Below are positions 56,371 to 64,000 of a stretch of DNA of 64,000 bases, piece by piece. The translations under genes and the position numbers were made by a program. The stretch comes from the human T2T-CHM13v2.0 reference genome, Homo sapiens. The notes under the pieces were generated by a model, which was given only the letters and a program-made list of their open reading frames with translations, was not told where the DNA came from and did no database searches. Numbering within the stretch: position 1 is the stretch's first letter; every line of letters begins with the position of its first letter. The DNA is taken from NCBI RefSeq assembly GCF_009914755.1, contig NC_060926.1; one strand, 5' to 3'.

Positions 56371-57298
56371 TATTTATAATTTACCACATGGGGTGATTTT
56401 TAATATCTGTAGCTAATAATTATTTTAAGTGGCCATTTGACTGTTTCCTTGACATTCCTAAAAATTTATATACTTAAATTGGGGAGGAAAATATGTTTGC
56501 GTTCTTCTTAGTGGATAAATGGAAGATTGCGTTATAGTCATATATTCATAGAGCTTTCTGATATACCCAGTTAAGCAATTTTGATACATCCTTCTTCGTC
56601 CTTCCACGGGACATTGACCTGTCTCTAGTTCTGCACATGTTACACTGTATTGCATTTAGCCTTTTCATAACAATAAATTCAATTAGATGTCATTTATTTC
56701 TTTTATCCCTACTACAGTGCCTGGCTTATGATGTACATAAAATAAATATTAGTGGATAGGAAAATTTTTTTATAAAGAATCAATTTTTTGCCACAGTGCA
56801 TTTTTTCATGGTTGACATTTATTCAAGAAGCATTTATTGAGCAACTCTTATGTGGAAAGCATTATACTGGCTGCTTTGAGATATATAAAAGAACTATAAC
56901 ATCTAAACATTTAATGTTAGAATGAAATGTAATTTCTATTTAGTATAAGGTATACTACAAATTATAGGATGAAGGTGGGTAATCACTAGAGGTTTCAGAT
57001 GGATCATAGGTAAAAAATACTGGAAAAACAGTTTAGTCTGATGACAAAGGAAATCACTTTTTAGTAGCTATGGTATTCAAAATAATCATAGTTTAAAATG
57101 TCATTTAACAGTTTCTGGAATTTTTATAAAATCATTCTCCTTGCTGTCATATTGTTAGATCCAGAGAGTTAGACTGTGCAGTAAATGAGCTATTTTTTTA
57201 CCTTAGAAAAGCAGAAGACTTGAATTTTCATAAGTAGACTCTTAGAGGTTCCTTCTGATGCTTCAGCACATTTCCTTTTCTCCAAAGAAATGCTTCAG

Positions 57299-57697
<399 letters not shown>

Positions 57698-57779
57698 TTA
57701 TATAGATGTCAGTATAGATCTATTTTAATTGTTAAAATGGATGTCAGGGTTTTCTGTGAGCAGTGTGCAACATAAGGAA

Positions 57780-58051
57780 TTTTTTTTTTTGAGATGGAGT
57801 CTCTCTCCGTCGCCCAGGCTAGATTGTAGTGGCACAACCGGCTCACTGCAACCTCTGCCTCCCAGGTTCAAGCAATTCTCCTGCCTCAGCCTCCCCAGTA
57901 GCTGGGATTACAGCACGCACCACCATGCCAGGCTAATTTTTGTATTTTTAGTGGAGACAGGGTTTCACCATGTTGGCCAGGCTGGTCTCGAACTCCTGAC
58001 CTTATGATCCGCCTGCCTCAGCCTCCCAGAGTGCTGGGATTACAGGTGTGA
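57780..58051 (-). mobile_element. AluS, lacking about 17 nt of its 5' end
   Basis: T tail, dimer body, ends tacaggtgtga; no direct TSD. Confidence 0.9.
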
Positions 58052-58149
58052 TGTTGCACACTGCTCACAAAAACTGTGGTAAGCTCTTTTCAAATAAGAA
58101 TTATATTTTTGGCCAGTGCTTTCACTAGGTGAATTGAATGACAACCAAA

Positions 58150-59290
58150 CCACTGTCAGGAGGCAGCGTGGTCTGGAAGAGCAGTGGAGTGTGAGTCAAA
58201 ACACCTCATCCTTGCCATCACAAAGTGTGGAGAGTCATCTCAGCAGACCTTAGTACTGTTGACTATAAACATTATTGTGATATACCTACCCTAATTTAGA
58301 CTGGAAAGCAAGTGTAAATGAGGATATAATTGTGGAGCCTTCTGCATTTGTCAAAACTAAGAAATTAATATTGGTAACTTAATATTAACTAAACTCCTGG
58401 CTTTATACCAGTTTTTCCACTAATGTCCTTTTTGTTTCAGGATATCACATTGCATTTAATTGTCACATCTCTTAAGTCTACCCTATCCCCATCAGTCATT
58501 CTAAGCTTTCCAGATGTTTGAAAATTAATGTTTGCCTTGTCTTAGGAATCAGAGAATATGTGCTGAGCATTGCTCAGTCTTTCCTTGTTAATTCAAGGGT
58601 ATTGTGAAGCATCAGTTAATATTCTGTGCCTTCAGAGGCTGTTTACATGTTTAAAGTTTTCTGACTTTAAGTGGCTGTGCTCTTCTGGTTAGCCCCCCAT
58701 CAGTGTGACCTAATCAAAAAGCCAAACAGCAATCTGTACTAGAGTTCAAAAAGAGGGAGAAGTCCCTTTTGGAATTAGGGAAGTCCTTCTATTTATTAAT
58801 TGAATTCAGATAAAGAATATTGAAAGAGGCAGTAGTCATCAGGGAGGTAGGAAGAAATGGCATGAGCAAAGTCCTGAGAAGTTTTCTAAGGATGCTGGTG
58901 AAAGAGTGCCAAACTGGAAGTCATGGAACAGGTTAGAATTCAGGTTCTGCCACGTATTAGCTCTGGAGCCTTGAGCAAGCACCTGACCTCAGTTTCCTCA
59001 TTTGTAAGACTAGGGACCCATACTAAATGATATCTAAAGACCTTTCAATTCTGAACATCCATAATTGAGTCCCAGGCCAAATGTGCTAAGTATCTGGGTT
59101 GGAAGTAGTGATAAAGAAAATTACATAATAGTAGGAGCTGTCAGCTTCACTATAACCCCAAAGGCAGGTGCCATCACATACAGATGGAGAAAAATTGAGT
59201 AATTTGCACAACGTCACACATCTGGTAAATGCAACCAGATTTTTAGATCTTGTGTGATTTCCAAGCCTTTTCAATACAGTTTACTGCTTC
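58150..59290. mobile_element. Cluster of MIR fragments (about 58150-58340 +, 58915-59060 +, 59140-59290 -) and an L1M piece
   Basis: gaggcagcgtggt, ctcagtttcctcatttgtaa, tacagatggagaaaaattgag. Confidence 0.6.
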
Positions 59291-59439
59291 CTCTTTTATT
59301 GTTACAAGAAAGATTGTTCAGAAGAACTTTCAGGATGTCTGGTGAGCAAGGAAGCTTAAAAGTCAAGTCTTATGCCTGCACAACTAGAAAAATAAATGAA
59401 AGTGCCATTTAAAAAATTGTTTTAAATAAAAGTATATAA

Positions 59440-59937
59440 CAGGTTGAGCATCTCTGATCTGAAATCTGAAATGCTCCAAGACGTGAAACTTTTTGAGTTC
59501 CAACATGATGCTACGAGTTAACCTGAACACATTTTTTCATTGTATCCATGGTATGTTCTATTTTTTTACTAAATACTTACATGTGAATAAATATAAGAAA
59601 ATGAATGCTTACTAGTAGCATATAAATTCAAGAGTAAGGAATGATGGTGATGCCAGTCAACCAGATTGTCCACATGAGTGGCTGAGATACAGTGCTTTCT
59701 GATGGCTTAGTGTGTTCAAATCTGTTTCATGCACAAAATTATTTAAAATATTGTATAAAATTACTTTCAGGCTTAGTGTATAAGATGTACATGAAACATA
59801 AATGAGTTTTGTGTTTAGACTTTGGTCTCATCCCCAGTATATCTCATTATGTATATGCAAATCTTCCAAAATCCAAAAATATAAAAAAAGTTAACACTTC
59901 TGGTCCTAAGCATTTTGGATGAGGGATACTTAACCTG
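59440..59937. mobile_element. Tigger4 (Zombi)-derived element
   Basis: TIRs caggttgagcatc and gatacttaacctg; ctgaaatgctccaa and catttt-ggat-gagggatact. Confidence 0.88.
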
Positions 59938-59939
59938 AA

Positions 59940-60500
59940 TTATTGTATAATATTTGATAAGACAAAAACACAAGAAAGTAAAATATAATAATTAACGATA
60001 ATCACCATAGACATAATCAATGTTATTTCCACCCATCCTCTTTTAAAATACACATACTGTATACACATATACAAATTGTTTACACAATATGATTACTGGT
60101 GTGTATGTATAGTTTTGTGATCTACTCTTCTTTCTTAATCTGTCATGAATATTTCTCCATGTCATTAAACAGTCTTCAAAATCTTCAATTTTTTTCAGTG
60201 CCTACATCATGATTGATTGAAAACCGTAAGTGATTTAACCGTTATTTCGTTGGACATTTAAGTTATTTTGAGTTTCACTATTGTTATTTTGCTTTGAGCC
60301 TTCTTTTACAAAAACTTTTATTCACGTCTCTGTTTTTTGTCCTAGGATAGCTTCTTGGATGTGGGATTACTTAATCAAATGACTCTTGATACATGTGGCT
60401 AAGAATCTTTAAAAGGCTGTATTTCTCCTCCGATCTAGTGGTATTTGAGCATAACTGTCCCTCCACATTTTTCCCAAGTACTACAATTTCTGGTCTTTGG
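59940..60500 (-). mobile_element. Degraded L1ME fragment
   Basis: catgaatatttctccatgtcatt, gttggacatttaagtt, gtgggattact. Confidence 0.55.
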
Positions 60501-61859
60501 TAGGGCCAGGTTTTGTGTTAAAGATTATTTTTATTTTGTTGAGTTTGAGATGACGGTTGGTCAGAAAAAGTATAATGTTCAATAAGTACTGAAAAAGTGA
60601 ATAGTGCAAAATATACAGTGCTACAACTAAAAATTTAGAAACTGACTATATGTAATTTATATAAAATAGGATGAAATCTCTAAGCGATAAATATATATAG
60701 TTTGTATTATCTATGGCACTATGTATGGCAAGAAGGATGCCAAATATCACTTCAGGGCAAACCCAGATCATAAGGGATAGAAGTGGAAAAAAAGAATCTT
60801 TAGTGGCAATAGAGAATACTAGAGGTGACAGATAGAATGCAGGTTTACTTTAATAGGAGATTGTGTTTTCTATAAGGCTTTATCCTAAGGAAGATTCAGT
60901 TTTAATTTACTGTGTAGAAACTACTTTTTGTAATTTCAAGATTTGTGACATAATTCCACTATTATGCTGATATAATTTTTTATGTCACTAGATTAGTGTA
61001 TTGATCTTCTTAATGCATCTTTTGTTGTTTTGTATGCTTATAGATGGTAACATAATTCCTAAAGTCCCTGTGAATGGTTCTTACATTAATCACTATGTTA
61101 AAAGTCTTAATTGCTCACTAGTTTCTGATTTAGCTTACTGTACTCTCCAGTAATTGTTCAGTTCTAAGAATATTTTATGGCATAGTAGTTATATAATGTC
61201 AGTGGTGCACTGGTTAATGTTCTAGAATTAATAATACATTTTCTCTTTTCATATTATGTAGAATTTTCTAAATGTTAGAATTTAAAGTCAGAGAACTTAC
61301 TAAGTGTTTACATAGGACACTAAAATAAGATTTTACCTTCCTCTAGTAGTATACCTTGTGTTTATGCTTTTACGTCTGCTGCTTTATAAGCAGAAAGAGA
61401 GGGAGGGAAATGGCAAGAAAGCATACAGCAGGAAGAGCTGAGAATCTTAAACTGTCATAATCTACTTTTTAAAGACAAATGTGTAAGCAAAATTACTTGT
61501 GCTGTGTATGAGTAAGAAGGTTGTAGAGACGTTTTCTCATTTGATCAATTTTAAAAAGCTGTTATATTATGCTGATTATTGTTACAGCTTTTTGAGGTGG
61601 TGATAGGGAGGTTTTCCAAGGAGGCTGGCATGCCCCTGGCTGAGCCCAGCAAAGCTGCATTACCTCAATAAATTCACCACAATCTAAAGATGTTAATGAG
61701 TTTTGGCAAAAGTTATAATAGCTTCTTACATCTTTCTGCACAATAGGAGTAACAGTTAGAGAGCCCAGGCAATTATGTCACATCTGAGGATTGGAATACT
61801 TTCTTGTTTTCATTCTTTTTTTCCCCATTCTTTCTGCATATCTGCTCTCCCCGTCTCCA

Positions 61860-62033
61860 GTTGTTTTGAATCATGGCTGAGCATTTTATCACCTGATGAG
61901 TTTTTAAAGCTCTGTAAGCTCAGACCAAGCCCCAGACTAATACATCAGAATCTCTAGGGGTGGGACCTGGTATTGGGTAAGTTTTTAAACTCCACAGGTG
62001 ATTACATTTGGCAGCCAAGGTTGGGACCCATGG
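61860..62033. mobile_element. MER5-family MITE
   Basis: atcacctg ... catcagaatctctaggggtgggacctgg ... ctccacaggtgatt ... gcagccaaggttgggacc. Confidence 0.8.
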
Positions 62034-62344
62034 TTTCAGATGTAGTAACCACATCAATTAACTTAGTACCTCTTAAGAAGGTTGCTTATTAGAATAACCT
62101 GGGAGATTTTCTCCACACTGTTCCCTCCCTTCCACTTCCCTTATTAATTTAGTGAGCCAGTGTTAACTGATGGGAATATACACATACCCTTGGATATGTT
62201 GGGACAGAAAAAAAAAAGACAACAATCAATTTGTTAAGTACTATTTTTCCTACACTCTTTTTGGAATATAGTCTGCTTATATAAGTGACTTTGTATCTAT
62301 CCAGCATTATTTTATGTGGATAATTTTGTGTTGTTCAGTATTTG

Positions 62345-62462
62345 CATAATCACTGTGAGGGCAAGGACCTTGTAAGTTCTTCTGTTCATCACTGTATTTT
62401 CAGTACCCACTAGTGCCTGGCACATGGTAGATAATCAGTAAATGTTAGAAGAGTGAATCAGT
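62345..62462 (+). mobile_element. L2 3' end
   Basis: tgtgagggcaaggacc ... actgtatt ... agtgcctggcacatggtagataatcagtaaatg. Confidence 0.75.
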
Positions 62463-63449
62463 AACACTGAGTACCCCACATACGTGCCAGCTATAGTATG
62501 AAGCTTTGTAATTACATTGTCCACCAAGGAAAAAGATCTTCCATAAAGCCACAGATAAGCAGGAAATAGATTTATTGAATTTTGAGTCTTTCGCAGGTCA
62601 GGGATTCCGTGTAGGCATTAAGGTTCTGAACAAAAATGTAGCACAAAACACAAATACTTGCTAGCAGAAGATACATTTCCATACCTGCCCTCGTATATCA
62701 AACTGCAAAACATACAGAAAAAAACTAATGGACAAACAGGTGCTGTTAGAGTCTGTGTTTAGTTTAAGCCTCATGATAAACTGGGCTAGAGCTTGACACA
62801 TTTATCAACTGTTAGTTGTATTTTACCTAATCATAGCCTGTCTTAAAGGCAGAAAATGAAAACAAGATGATCTGTCACATATGGTTAAGTTGTAATTCAG
62901 ATTTACAATATATTGGCGAAATGGCTTCAGTTTTGGATGAGCCCTTAAACTGTACAGTGTGCAAAGAATGGGGGAGGGAAGAGACCTAAGAAGGGTTAAG
63001 TAATCTTAGCCAAGATTTCTAAAAGCTCTTATTAATCTGATTTTTCAGAATTAGAAAATCTCTGTTGTCAGAGTTCTCCAGTTTGGGGTGTGATAAGAAA
63101 GCATATCATAGAAATTACTCTGCCTACCTAAAATCCTTTATGGTTTAGATTTTATTCTGTAGTGCCTTTACAGCACTCTTAGTGCTTCAGCCATAGCCCC
63201 AGTTTTGACTTATTGGGCCCCTGTCCCTCTTATTTTTCAAATTAAAAATTACACAGAAAACTATTCAGAGTGGAAAGAGTATAAGTGAAAACTAGGTTTC
63301 CTTTTCACTACAGAGCACCACATCCTTTTTAGAGGTAACCAGTATTAGCATTTCCTTCTGTATTTTTACAGAAAGAGTTAGTTCATATTGCCAGCATACA
63401 CATGCAGGTAGTTTTTGTAGTTTATTGGCATGATCACCACATGACTAGA

Positions 63450-64000
63450 TGACGTCTTTAGTTTCTAACACACTTTTCAAACCCAGCTTCTTTCCATATC
63501 TCTTCATGTAATTAATCTCTCCTCTGCTTTGTTTCCATTTGCTTTTTTGTCCCTCTGTTAAACACCTGTTAGAGGTCTGACATGTATTATTGGGACTTAG
63601 GTGTGGTGGTCTCATCTCAGGTATCATCTCGCCTTCTTACTCTGTACTCTTTACCTAGCCTGGCTCATCCCACCTGCAGGACATTAAGGACCTGTGTATC
63701 AAGGTCTCACAAATTTATATCTATAGGACCAGGCCCCTTTATCTTACTTGTCTGTCTCTTTGACATACTTATCTTTTGGATATCTCATAAACTTCTTAGT
63801 CCCAGTGTATCCAAAACCAACTTTTTTTTCAACATCCATATCTTAGTTAATGGCATATACATTATCTCAGTCATAGCAGTCTGAAAACTATAAGCTATTC
63901 TCGAAACCCTCCTTTTCCTCACTTGTCCTATTTCAAAACGTAAGTCTGGTTGATTTTTGTTTTGTTTTGTTTTTTTCCTCCTAAATAACTCTCAAGTCCC
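63450..64000 (+). mobile_element. Degraded L2 body
   Basis: tctcacaaatttatatctctatag, tgtatccaaaaccaact, ttagttaatggcat; pyrimidine-rich L2 character. Confidence 0.6.

Overview
AT-rich primate (human or ape-like) nuclear DNA. I find no supportable protein-coding exon, RNA gene, CpG island or CRISPR array. A visible T>A and G>C excess on the + strand and mostly antisense old L1/Alu/LTR copies suggest the interior of a large intron of a gene transcribed on +, which I cannot name. Much of the window is interspersed repeat: a 5'-truncated sense L1PA (ORF2 3' half, 49.1-51.0 kb), about 12 Alu/FLAM copies, MaLR LTRs, MIR/L2, old L1M fragments and an unusually dense set of about 20 DNA-transposon fossils, several nested. 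Subfamily names come from recalled consensus sequences, not from an alignment run. I see no evidence for a new multi-gene system. The most unusual signals are structural: a locally templated insertion with slippage at a hairpin site (25.0-25.9 kb), an 815-bp pure-pyrimidine tract bracketed by a perfect 22-bp direct repeat (37.2-38.0 kb), an Alu flanked by an inverted rather than direct repeat and paired with a nearby inverted Alu (57.3-58.1 kb), and a repeat-free, motif-dense enhancer candidate (43 kb).
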